Shown here: positions 51,380-63,261 of the stretch, piece after piece
Layout: each line of letters opens with the position of its first letter
Numbering within the stretch: position 1 is the first letter of the stretch
NCBI GenBank assembly: GCA_039545335.1
Contig: BCIN01000005.1
Span: forward strand, 310,001-374,000
Direction of reading: 5' to 3'
Source: Kondoa subrosea
Taxonomy: Eukaryota
DNA length: 64,000 nt
The notes under the pieces: generated by a model
Told to the model about the DNA's origin: nothing
What the model saw: only the letters and a program-made list of their open reading frames with translations
The model's database searches: none
Made by a program: the position numbers and the translations under genes

Positions 51380-52708
51380 TCAATCTTCCTCACCAGGCCA
51401 AACTTGTCTGACGTTGACGTTGATCCGTCTCTTCTCCATCCATTCTTCCATCTTTCCTTGCGATCCCTCAACTCGACCTTCTTCCAATATCCTTGGAACA
51501 CCATGAAACACTCTTCTTCCTTTTCCACTCATGATCAAGACATCTCCACTTCTCAGCAGAATAGGTAATGGTTGTTCATCCCTTGTTGTTCCGCCGACCA
51601 AGAAGATAGCACTAAGGCCAAGTGAGAAAGAAATCAAAGGTCGTAAAGAAGCTTCAGAATGGTCTATATGGGCGCAAAGGGTATCTTTTGGTCTATAGAA
51701 GTTGATGATGCCTGAATTGCGATCATCTCAGTACGATTCGTAGCTCAGAAGAGGGAACCGACCTCCTTCTGCTTTATAGTCCTTCCACACGGGCGAAGGA
51801 GGAGTGAGTTCAGCCCAAGGTATGCTCTGAACGATACGGGTCGACAGGTCCGATATGAGAGAAGGCACGGCTGGCGCAGGCGAGTCAAGCATGTATGATT
51901 TCGTTCCCCACTTGAGATAAAATTAGGCCAATCACAGCACTGGAAAGATAGACGAACATGATATTTCAATCCTATCGATGCCCATCGCAGCTTATCAAGT
52001 ACTTCATGAATAGGTACATTCTCTCCGTTGAGTTTCTGGCTCGCTTTCACATCTCGCAATCTTTCTTCCGCTCGTTCCGTCTCGAGGTTCTCTTTCGTAA
52101 TGGCTGGTAAATCGACTAGCTTTCGGTGTGTAGAATCTAGAGCAATAGTGTTGACCACCTTCTGAACGGGTAAGTGAGGATCTCGCTCGTTTGCCTGCCA
52201 AAGCCCTTCATCAAGCGGAAGATCGTAATGCGGGTCAAGAGAAGTCATGTTAGGCGATTTTGGACCTTCAAGCAAGCAGCATTCAACTAGTGACCGTTGA
52301 GCGGAAGAAGAGAGTAATGATGGTATATACAGGATGCCTGTCGAGATCTCGTTCAGCTTGCGGACAGGAAAAAGAGGAAGAAAACACACCTGGAAGGTCT
52401 TCAAACGTGTAGGCTTGACTTTCGCTACTCTCGGATCTGCCTAGAAGGTCCATAGCTTGCCTATCCAATTTGAGTTTCACTCGTTGAACAGCATAGTCTC
52501 GCTCTTTTCCCTTCCAGCTTCCACAATCCTGGCTCAACCATGTAACAGACTCATGAGAGAAGGCTTCAGATAGGTCCGGTGCAGCTAAGCGAGATTTCCA
52601 GTGATGCTCAGCTCGACGGAAAGCGCAAGATTGATCTTGTTCGGCCTGCTTCTGCTGCTGTTCCTTTTGCAAAGCCCGTCGCTTGAGCTCTTGACGCGAT
52701 AGAGTCAT
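51380..52708 (-). CDS. AlkB-family dioxygenase, ALKBH1-like (copy 2, inverted)
   Basis: Same exon structure and catalytic motifs as 27462-28791; I saw no stop or frameshift. Confidence 0.92.
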
Positions 52709-52900
52709 CCTTTCGCGCGCTCCACACCTCCCTTCGAGCCTTCGAATTTCGGTTTTGAGTCGTTGACAGCAAACGGTCAACACGAGCAGGTATCTGGTTT
52801 CACAGGCAGATGATATGCTTCAGATCCAATCGCATATACGGGTATTACGGCTTCTCTCTGTCCTTTCCTGCTCTCGCTCGTTTCGGTGCAAGACTCGTTT
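51380..52900 (-). repeat. Right arm of the ~1.5-kb inverted repeat
   Basis: Reverse complement of ~27255-28791. Confidence 0.95.
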
Positions 52901-53529
52901 TCTTTATTGTAAATTAGTGTTGCTTGTTTGCTATGTGTTCCGTTTGCTGGCTCCTATGCCTCTTTCCTCCTGTGCTGTGTTTGCGTTCCCTTCTGCCTGG
53001 ACAGTTCTGTATTTGCTATGGACAAGACAACTTGGAAGTAGCTGCTGTTCGGCTCTTTCTCTCATCTCACATGTCAACGAGGAAGTAGACAGTATTAGTC
53101 ACTACTTGCTGCACGAGGTGTGATCCGCTCGAATTCGAAATTGGATCGATAGATGGACAAATTGGCATGCTGTATCAAGTGACAAGGCGATCTGATTCAG
53201 ACTTCGAAGATCAGACATGTGGTGCAAATTATCGAGAGGGAAAGAAGTAGCGATAGTATTAATGTATATTTCATATTGCATTGAGCACAAAGAAGATAGT
53301 CTATCGCATAATTCAAAGTCACAGCAATTTGACAGACCTTCCCTTGAAAGATGGAACGGAAATCCTAGTAGCTTCATATTCTTATCGTTAAACAGGGTGG
53401 AGAGGGTTCATAATACTTCGAAGCAGCTTCACTTTACAATGCAGAAAGTCGGTGAATCGAGTGTGGACCATAGGCCATTGAGGTTAATTCAGAGAAAGTA
53501 TATGCAATGCAAGAGAAGGAAAGAGAAGA

Positions 53530-53825
53530 AGAAGGGTTGCCGAGAAGAGACAGCGTCTCTTTGCTGAGAAGGGATCTTGCTCCCTGTGTCGCCGAGTGCT
53601 GTCCGGTTTTCCAAAGCTGGCAGACGGGTTGCCCAGTCGTCCATGCTGTCCAAAAGGAGGAGATCTAAAGGGGAGAACTGGATTCGCCAGTCTCTTGATC
53701 CCTGATCTTCCAAGAAAGAGAGAGCTCCAGTGCAGCGCGCAGAGATAGGGAAAAGACCGCGCCTGAACACGCGGCCACCGCATATCCTCTGGCTCTCTCT
53801 TCCTTGGTGCAGTAGCAACACCTGT
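53530..53825 (-). ncRNA. Candidate structured non-coding RNA, class unknown
   Basis: GC-rich intergenic island with several stems that contain G-U wobbles on the minus strand, a GCAA tetraloop and complementary 5'/3' ends. Confidence 0.4.
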
Positions 53826-54398
53826 CATGTATATAAAGAATGAGATGGGCAATGAGGAATGCTAAGAGCCAAAAACTTACTCGAATAGGTTAAGCAGGAC
53901 CAGGTGATAGGGCGTGATGCTATATCGCTGTAGATATCAAGACATTAGTGAAGGCATGACAAGTGACCATCGTGGACAAGAACAAGAGCAGCAAAATTCG
54001 CCTTTTCTGTGAGATTCCGATATTTTGATTGTCTTCCTGTCCAGCCAGCCAGCTATGTCTGATCTTGTGCCCTGAGCTAGCAATACGCGACAGCTTCCGC
54101 GCCTGATGCCTGGTCCCTGTATGCCTTTCCTGTCCTGCTGGGGACCGCCGAACAGTCTTTTGGATTCCCGCTTTCTGCTGTCTATTTCTGCCCTGTTCTA
54201 GCTCTAGCCTGTTTGTCGAAATGTCAATGACTGTTGCTCTGCATTGTTGTACTGTACGATGCTGCTGCCCAGCAGTCGTTTGACTTGGCGTTTTCTGGCT
54301 TATCCAAAAATAGCCGCCCATTAAACGTCACAGGCTCTCTTGCTCGCTTTTTTTCTCTTTACTACTGGCAGCGACTCCCAGTGGGAAGCCTAAGCTCG

Positions 54399-56644
54399 AT
54401 GCATTTCTTTAAGAAAGCCTTTGGACCAGAAACAACAGATGAGAAAGCTCAACCAAGAAGAACTGCTCAAGGTTTAATCCGACATCCCCTTGTCAGGCAA
54501 TATGTGCACGATAATACAGTGTACAGGGAAGCTGGAGAAAGAGAGCCATCAAGATTTGAGCTGTTTTACGAGTGAGCAATTTCAGAGCTCGGACTTGCGC
54601 TAGAATGCTGACAAGCTATACAGTCTTCTCGTGAGCGGAAGCTAAACAATCCGAGAATCTTTATGCTGAAAATGGTACAGTATGTAGGCGTATTCAGGCA
54701 ACTCGGTCATATTGTAGAAGCTGGATACACTGGCATCAATCTTGCGGTTTTTGTTTTGGTACTCTTTGCGTAAGTATGATTCATGCCGGCTTGAGTCTCT
54801 TCTCAACCCTGGTTTTTAGAGCTTGGAGTATCTGGTGCGAAACAAGGAATTTTATCAACATTTGTGGGACGGACGATCTACTTCAGCGACTCATGATTCT
54901 CTTGATCATGGCTCTCACTGTCGGATATACTGTCAATGCAGCTGGAATTCACGAAGAAGAAGGACATGTCAATATTGAAACCTTGAAACCTGCAATGGTC
55001 TTCTTCATTATCGCTCGCGCAGTCCGATGGTTCTTCTCCCTTGGTTACATGATAGCTCTACCTCGATTCAGGAGCTCCTTCTTCGGCTATGCTGTATTAC
55101 AAATCGTGGCTATCGGTATCTATCTACCTCTTATCTTTACTGGCGAAAATGAGAAGGTCTTTTGGATTTTGATGAGCTTGGGTATGGCTTTCGAGCTCTT
55201 GATTCGGTATTCATCCGGTAAGCTAGCTAATACCTTTGTTTATGCTGTGTCTAACAATTGCTTGCAGCTTTGTGGCCATCTGCCGAATATACACCTTGCT
55301 TGGCTTTAGGTTTGTTGTCTATGTCTTTGTAAACGATCTTCTCTTGAGATGACTGCTTGAACAGATCATTACATTGAACGGATCCATCTATTCGTCATCA
55401 TTGCGATCGGAGAGTGAGTGTTTGTGTCTGCCTACTGAATCGATGCTTACAGAGCGACTTCAGGATGGTCCTGAATGTGTTCTATTTGGGTAGTGTAGAA
55501 GAAGGAAACGCAGGACTAGTACATCTTCTCTTCCTGCCGGCTCAGAAATTTAGCTGACTCATTTGTGAAGGGCAACAATATGTATTGGAAATCTTGCCTA
55601 GCTTTGATCATCGCTTTTGGACTGTGTTGGATCTTCTTGTGAGCGCTCCTTTGCGATCTTTCAAATGAAGCATTCATTTATCTGTATTGTTGGCAGCGAT
55701 TCGTATGTCCCTCACCAATAGCCAGACTTGATTGTCTGACAGTCTGTCATAGCGACAACTCGGTCACTTACCTTCACGCCCTTCGCCGGAATTATATTGC
55801 GTGAGCAATCTTGCCTCAAAGAAGCTTTGAAACTGACCTCGATCTTCTGCATCAGAGCACTGACTGTCGCCAACCTTCACTTCCCTCTCGTCGCTGGTAT
55901 TGTCTTAGCCGGTGCATCAGTAGCGACTCTGATTGAGGAGAATGAGCTGCCAGAAGGAGGAGTGAGTGTCATTTGCCTCCTCCGAAAAGACTTCAGCTTA
56001 TTCTTATTAGGTGAAATGGATGTTTGGAGGTGGTCTCGCTGTTGCTATGGGCAGTTTGGCTTGCATTGGACTTATGCACAAATCACTTGATCGCAAAGGT
56101 TCAGCCTTGATGGATGTAAGTTTCGCTCTCTTTCAGTCACATACATCCAACTAAAACTGTGCGCAGCCTACACTGGTCCAAATATTCCGTCTTCTGGTCG
56201 CGATTATCTTTGCTGTCTTGCCTTTAAGTCATCATCTCGACACGTCGACTAAACTACTCGGTACCTATGCTGGTCTCACGTTTGTTGTGGTAGCCTTTGA
56301 GCTGCTTTCATCGCTTGGAGCTCAAGCAGAACATCCGCATCTTCTGCCTTCTTCGTTAGTCATTGTGTCTGTTTCTGTTTGGTCCAAGGGCTGATTTGTC
56401 TCTGACAGAGTCATCCCGATGGCTAGAGTCGATGGCGAGGATTTCGAAATTGGGGCCAGAACTCGTCTGCACGCTATGTTGACTGATGCTGAGAGGTATG
56501 CAACATTGATTGATCTCATAAAGCTAAACTTATGTGTTTTCTTGCAGAGGAGAAGAAGATCTTGGAGGTGAATCTGGTATGGCTGAATTCAAGCCGCTTC
56601 ATACCAACAGGGGAGGAGCAAAGGCTGCATCAAGAGCTGCTTAA
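54399..56644 (+). CDS. LtrA (low temperature requirement A) family polytopic membrane protein
   Basis: PLVRQY...SRFELFYDLLYVG, GTDDLLQRL, HYIERIHLFVIIAIGE, WIFFDSDNS..YLHALRR; many introns, including two micro-exons. Confidence 0.85.
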
Positions 56645-56931
56645 TCGGATTGATAGGAGAGGTATCGAGAGTCAACACACACGAAAAAGAGTCGTTCTGC
56701 ACATGTATATAAGATTAATACAGCACTTAAATGTTATTGTAAGCACGAGTTTCTATCATATTGCTGTGTATAGCCATTGCTTCGAGATCCGCAGGGTTTC
56801 ACGTGTTTACCTAATATTCAGAGGAGAGCTCGCCTTGACGTGTATCTGCCATCCGAGTTCAGCGCCAGGAGCTACGCTCTTGATGCGCGTAGCAGTTCAA
56901 ACGCCCAAGCTTCACTAGCCCTTCGCACAAG

Positions 56932-57618
56932 ATGGCAGTCGATCAGACTTCAGTCAAGCAAGACTATAACCATGTATTGGAGCATTGTACAATCAAAGGG
57001 GCGCCTGCATTACCGAGGTCCTGTTCTGCCATACTGAAAGCTTTCCAAAGGTATTCAGACGATGGCAGTCATCACTCCGCCTATACTGCTACTCGCTTCT
57101 CTCCGTCGCAAATCTTTCTCACCGTCACGGTTCCTAAGACAGAATGCAGTTGCGACATTTCTCATTGGGCCACCAGTCGGATATGGATTAGGTTGGGGAA
57201 GAATGAGAGATATGGCGCCTGAGGGGATTACCGACAGAGCATTCAAATTACAGCATAATGCTTCTCAGGTTCGCAGGATCTTTTCGTTGACTCATCATTT
57301 GAGTACTGAGTATCGGATTAGATCAAATGCGACGATTTCACAAAGACCGGTTTCGTTTTGGGTTCAATACTAACTACTGCTTTGTTCTACAAGCGAACAG
57401 ATATTATCACTTCGCTGGCTGGCGGTGCGGCACTAGGTGTAGCTGGAGGTGTCTTCACTCATCTTATCGTGAATACATCCCAAGAGGGGTCACGACCGAA
57501 TGCTATGATCGAGGAACTCAAATCCAGGTTAGGCTCTCTCGTGGTTCGTGATTGCGTGAGCTCAAATCATTTCAAGCTATCCTCTGAAGGAAACTGTTGG
57601 AGAGATCAAAGCTGGTAA
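56932..57618 (+). CDS. Small hypothetical membrane protein (3' end approximate)
   Basis: Spliced MAVDQTSVKQDYNHLSKGIQTMAVITPP...GITDRAFKLQHNASQIKCDDF..GFVLGSILTTALF..AGGAALGVAGG. Confidence 0.65.
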
Positions 57619-59546
57619 CGCGGACAAAGTTATTCAAGGCAAATAGCTATCAGCCAAAAGCTGCCTGGATCCACATTGCTCGGGTTTGCAGAAGATTATG
57701 ATACATGACAAAAGATACAGTAATCAAGCTTGTATGTAATAAACTGTACACGACCTTAGCACTTTCATAGGCTCAGCTTATGTAATCGCTTCCTTACTTC
57801 TTGCGACGAGGTCTACACATTATCTGCTGCCATCCACCAGGCTGATCGAAACATCCTGAGAGGCTGAGCAATTGCTGTCCTGACTCGAACGTGGCAGGTC
57901 CTTGTCAGGTGGAACTGGGCGAAAAGATAACGGAAATCTTTCAAATCACCTACCGAAGTGAACAAATACATTAGCCCTTCCCTTTCTTGAAGAATGATAC
58001 CTGAACTATCTCATCTTGAAAACTTCAACGCGATCCAGCTAATATCGCCAACCTTACATGATCTTTTCTGCTGCTCGATGCTTTCATCTCAAGCTTACGA
58101 GTGAGTCTCACCTGCCAGAGCATTCAGGACGTGTACTGACTATCTCCTATATTTGATGCAGGATTGTTATCTTACATGAGGCAGAGCCCAGCGATTATCT
58201 ATTAGTGTTGCCTAAGGACATATGAGCCTGGCTGGAACCGGATACCGCTGGTCCTGGAGCTTTGCTTCATGTGAGCATGAGTACGGTCACAGACTTCTCG
58301 ATGGAAGTTCTCGTGCTCATGCCTGTGGACGACTGGACGACTGAACGACATGGACGACGGGACAACAATCAAGAGACGCTGGGATATCCTTTGCATTCAA
58401 TACCTTCAGCAATCATTCCTCTTGCGCTATATCATGTCCAATCATCCCTTCCTTCTTCTCAAGTTAATGCGCAAATTGTTGGCTTTTCCAACGACAACAG
58501 CAGCCTCACCGTGGGTCGAGAACTTGGACTGTGAAAGAGACTATCCAGTCAGCTTTCACATTGTCTAGTCTCAAAAGACTGAGTGCCTCTTCTTCCAATT
58601 TGCCCAAATGCATTGTATTCCGCAAACCAATACCTCCTGCGATCAGAGCAAGAGTTGTGGTCATACCCAGATAGTTGCTCGATCAATTCCTCACTTCCGT
58701 TCCCTCGGCTTTAAACTCGCTAAGTATATTGCCTTCCTCAAGCAATTGTGCCAAGCTGACTCGAGTACATATCATAGATTTGCACTTCAAAGAGGCAGGC
58801 TCCACAGCACACGCGTACACTAGTCTCGTGCTTAGTCAGGTACAATGTGCTGTGTTCTGGCGAGCCTGTCTCTTCCTCCCGAGGGGCATCAAAGGATCAA
58901 AGTTTCTGCGCCTAGAACTTCCCTTTGATGTTTCATGGACGCCAGGTCAAGCGAGGGAGGTGTGGGAAAGGGGAAATCGGTTAGGCCAAGCAAATTAGGC
59001 AAGAGTTGGGATCTGATCAGGTTCAAGAGCTGGAATTCATACTCTCGATCGGACTGCTTTTTCCGGACTGAAGAATTTCTCTACGCTACAAGTGTCGAGT
59101 CGGTTCCAGCTATCGCCATGTCATGAACTTTCGACCGGCTTGCTCGCTTGCTGTTTTGTCTGACCGACTAGATTGGAATTCTCAAACGATATGTACTTTG
59201 CTTTGCAACTCGCCTCTTTCCCTCGTCGTCATCTCATCCTCATGTCACACGAATTGCTCGAGCTGCATTCGCTCCTCAACTCATATATATTAGGTCAGTC
59301 TTCTCTCTTTCCGTTCACACAAATCGCTGCGACTGTCTTCTCTCAAGCAATCTATCGGAGAGGCAGGCTTGGCTGATTAGAAAATATATATTCGGTTAGC
59401 AGGAGTCGCCTGTACCCTTATCAGCTACCTGGCAAGCCTGCATCTCTCCCATTCTTGGCCCGCGCGAAACGTGCAGAGAATCCCAAGTTTCCGCCAAGGA
59501 ACTTCTCTTTGCATGATGGATGGAGAACAGCAAGCGTTGATTGGAT

Positions 59547-60008
59547 TCAAATTGCTTTACTTGAGACGCTTATGCAAAGATCTTGAAAGGCGGAAAACTG
59601 ATAGGCGGATCTGTTTTCTGTGATAATCTTCTGTATGGCCGACTTGGGCGACCGATCAGACTTAACCGAGATGGGACTATTCGTCAGCTCGACTGGTCTG
59701 CAGCGGGAAAGTGAGACTTCGTCGTGATAGCAAAGTTCTTCTTCCTTTGTCTTCAGTAAAACCCTCAGTATATCTTCTGCATTCTCCCTCAGCAAACATG
59801 TCTTTCGCTCTTCAACTCGCTCTCTTTCTAGGATGCGCCGTGAAATACTAATGTGCATGCAAATACAGGTTATCTCAAAAAGCTCTTCGTCATTGTAGGA
59901 GTCGTCTTGCAATACTATTTGGAGCAGTTCCCTGTTCTTATTACATTGTCTTCGCAATTTCGTCTTCGTCCTCGTGTCTGACATGACCTTTTGACCTTGA
60001 ACATCCAA
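59547..60008 (-). CDS. Possible hypothetical protein
   Basis: Isolated 153-aa ORF divergent from the F-box gene; no family motif. Confidence 0.3.
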   Translation of the reverse strand: MDVQGQKVMSDTRTKTKLRRQCNKNRELLQIVLQDDSYNDEELFEITCICMHISISRRILERERVEERKTCLLRENAEDILRVLLKTKEEELCYHDEVSLSRCRPVELTNSPISVKSDRSPKSAIQKIITENRSAYQFSAFQDLCISVSSKAI

Positions 60009-60173
60009 GGTATATCGAAAACTTGTGCCAAACGCGTCGGTTTGATCTTCACCGCTGTATATTCGTCAGCTGAAGCTTAGCACCAGCTGCTGGCCAATTC
60101 GGAACGCGTCAAACAGAGATAAAATTTCGATTCTATTTCACAGGATCACTGCAAAGCTCGACAGCCGCTTACT

Positions 60174-61765
60174 ATGGAGTCTTTACCAGAAGAATTGCTA
60201 CATGAGATATTGATACACGTTGGCTATTCTTATGCTCGACTTTGTCTGGTGTCGAAGAGATTTCGAGTAACAGCAAGGCCTCTGCTTTATCGAACTCTTT
60301 CAGCAAATCAAACATCTCGTTCTCACCTTTTCAGACGCTCAGAAGACGCTCATCTGCTGGCGTCATATGTCAAAGATTTTACATTCGAATCTGGTGTCGA
60401 CCAGTATCGGGCTGAAAGTTTGGCATGCGAAGGCAATTACGAAGAGATGAAAAGAGCTAATGATGAACAAGCTGTACTCCTCTTGAACGCCTCGCAGAAC
60501 CTTGTACTATGTTCAAAGCTAGAACGTCTCACGTTCCGCTTGCGACACGAACCAATATTTGACGATTTCGGTGCCTATGCACCTGACCTAGAACTATGGA
60601 CTCTTCCCTTCTGCAGTACTTTGAAGTACCTCGACATTTCTAGTGCTCCATATAGCCTTGGAGAAGAAGTCATCGATTATCAGAAGTGGGGTCGGCTGAT
60701 AGCTGCTGCACCTCAGCTGAAGGTACTAGCATTGCGCAATATATACTCAGAGAGCCTCGTCAAAGGTTTACGGGAACAAACCAGCGCAATCACTGTCAAG
60801 CCAGCTGTAGAAACGTTGATCTGGAATGAGCTTGCTGTGAAGAGAAGAGCTGGAGCTGCAGATATACAATGCGCATCAGAAATCTTAGAGCTTCTTCCTT
60901 GCGCCAAAGAAGTTATTCTCGAGAGCATTGAAGCAAGTGCAGACCAGATCGGTCAACCTGAACTGGTGTCAAGTCCTTCTATCACATCTATCATTTACCG
61001 GATCAGCTATGGTTCATACATCTTTCGTCTACTATCACATCTCTTCCCCTCGGTACGACAGCTGAAAGTACATCTGCAATGGGCAACAGATGGATACGAC
61101 CTGGATCCACCGAAAATGTTTACGAACAGACTTTTTTGAATCTTACTCAATTCACCGTTTCGAACGAAGACTGGTCGCAAAATCTCAGCTACTCCAACAT
61201 CACTCAAGTAATTGATCTCCTCTACCAAAGCCAAGAACTCTTTCATCTCGACCTGTTCCCTCAGCTACAAGATATCCGCTTCAACTTTGTCTTCCTTGGG
61301 AAAACTAAAGATGATCTGAATTGGATTCTTCATGCAGAAGATAGAGAAAGCGATCAAACACCTCCAGTTGTTGTTTCGTTTGGTGATTTGGAAGAAGTAA
61401 TTGAACTGGCTCAAAGAGAGATAGAAGAATGGATGATGTTGGGACCGGAAAGATTGAAATATACCGTGGTTTTGGATTGTGAAGCAGTTGCGAGATGGGA
61501 GATCATCAGAGAGAAGGGTATCGTTCAATTCTTTGGCGGAATAGAAGGAAGAGGAAGAGCTCAAACTATACGAGAGCGAGAAGGAGGCTTTCGGACATTG
61601 GAAGAACTGCAACCTGCTACACAGCTTCAGGATGAGGACTTGGCGCGACTACACGCTGAAATTGCAGAACGGGACGCAGCTCAGGCGGAAGAAAGGAATA
61701 GCGAAGAGGATGAAGAAGAGCAAGGATCGGAAGAAGAGGAAGTTCAGATTGATCAAGGGAAGTAA
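60174..61765 (+). CDS. F-box protein with LRR-like repeats and an acidic tail; frame break near 61050-61140
   Basis: MESLPEELLHEIL...LCLVSKRFRVTARPLLYR is an F-box; LRR-like units LKYLDIS, LKVLALR, FPSVRQL, FPQLQDI; two overlapping ORFs. Confidence 0.75.
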
Positions 61766-62388
61766 GAAGTTTGACAGGCCGGAAACCTCAAACGTCTACG
61801 GAGACAAGACGCACTTCTCCCTCCTCAAACCGGTCACAAAATGTGTAGGTCTGGATTCCATCATTAGAGCAATGCTGATGCTAGCAGCAGACTTAGAGCT
61901 TTAAGGAAGCTCGTCATGGGATAAGTTCCACTGTAACAACTCGTATGAATGCTGCAAAGGTTAGATATCTGATTGGGATTCAGTCATGTCTAGACGCTTG
62001 CTGATATAGTGATACAGGCTGCTGGTGTTGATGGTTGCGACAGTCAAAGCACTTAGAACTCTTCCAGCGAGGTTTCGTCGGTTTACAGTCTGTTTTGCGC
62101 AAAGGAGGGGGATCGTGGATCGGAATTCAGGCTGTGATCTGTGCTGGCGAACAAGCGATTGCTCTTGATAATCTCTTCAGCCTTTGTGACCTGGCTGAAC
62201 GAGAATAACCTGTTTCTCTTTGCAACAACCATCAGCCTCAATTCGCGCTGCATTGTGACTGAAATACTTTCAATACAGTATCAGATATACCCTGACCTGG
62301 TTGTACCGCTCGAACCACGCTGCAGCAGCCAGATTCTTGCAAAAAACATTGCTTCAAGTATCTTTTAAGCTGGCCTCAATCGTGCACT

Positions 62389-63261
62389 ATGATGGACTGT
62401 GAACCTTCTAGCAGTCATCTATCTTCCTCTCCTTTCAATCCTGCTTCATTTCACTTGCCCAGAACGCCTGCTCTTCAGTCATCACCTGGTCCAACTTCAA
62501 GCAGTCCTTCTTACCCTTCGTACAGACATCAGCAATGCTACAAATCGCAGCAGTCGATACGCAAGATCTCAAATGGCAGGGAGACGAAGCTTCACGATCG
62601 ATTCATGGATCGCTGTCTGTCGAGATTAAAGACCGATAGAAAGCAAGCCGTCACTGCTGCTAGAGGGTCAACTTATGCGAGCACATTGTATGCGAAAGAT
62701 GAGAAGGAAGGGCAGGAGTGGTCAGCTGAAGAAGAGATGGTTATGCGTCGCTTGATTCGAAGGGAATGGGAGAAATTCAAGAGGGATTATTCAGATGATT
62801 GGATAGATGAGGTCGGACAGGTCGAAGAGGAAGAGCAGCAAGAAGAGATGCAGCCGCCTGATGACCTCGAAGCGGAAGATTACCAGCAATCCAGCATGTC
62901 AAGTTATAACAATGATGTCCACATGGACTCGCCGGTCCTTGCTTCCAGCTCTTCTTTCGCTCAACTGATAGGCAAATCATCTTGCCTGATCTGTCAAGCT
63001 CCTTCTTCCGCTCTGCTAGAAGATGATTCGTCTATCTCATGTTTGGCTTGTCGTTGGTTAATATCTTTGGCTACTTTGCAATCAGCTCAGCAAGTCTTTA
63101 GCTCTCACAGGTACATATACACCTCCTGTCATTCCTTATGTACAACGGCTGACTTGAATAATAGCTCACTGCCAAATCACTCACCTGTGTTCTACCATGA
63201 TCCGACGATAGGCACCAGCTGTTTCTGTTCTGGCTGTGACGAAGTTGTGGAGCTGTCATAA
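62389..63261 (+). CDS. RPAIN: RPA-interacting protein (RPAIN/RIP)-like
   Basis: N-terminal RHQQCYK...LHDRFMDRCLSRLKTDR, acidic middle, C-terminal CLIC...CLAC...H...H.PVF...CSGCD Zn module; probable in-frame intron near 63111-63164. Confidence 0.72.
   Translation: MMDCEPSSSHLSSSPFNPASFHLPRTPALQSSPGPTSSSPSYPSYRHQQCYKSQQSIRKISNGRETKLHDRFMDRCLSRLKTDRKQAVTAARGSTYASTLYAKDEKEGQEWSAEEEMVMRRLIRREWEKFKRDYSDDWIDEVGQVEEEEQQEEMQPPDDLEAEDYQQSSMSSYNNDVHMDSPVLASSSSFAQLIGKSSCLICQAPSSALLEDDSSISCLACRWLISLATLQSAQQVFSSHRYIYTSCHSLCTTADLNNSSLPNHSPVFYHDPTIGTSCFCSGCDEVVELS

Noticed and set aside
53533..53620. TPP riboswitch on the plus strand (GGGTTGCC...GCTGAGA)
   Set aside because: The CUGAU...UAAU..CAGCG half is missing and no thiamine gene is adjacent.
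53560..53825. HDV-like ribozyme reading of the structured element (P1 GUGUUG/CAGCAU, P3 UCC/GGA, L3 UCCUUUU)
   Set aside because: L3 lacks the conserved G, and P2 and J4/2 cannot be formed convincingly.
53484..54321. ORFs 53484-53852, 53489-53821 and 53920-54321 as genes
   Set aside because: No motifs or splice support; compositions look non-coding.
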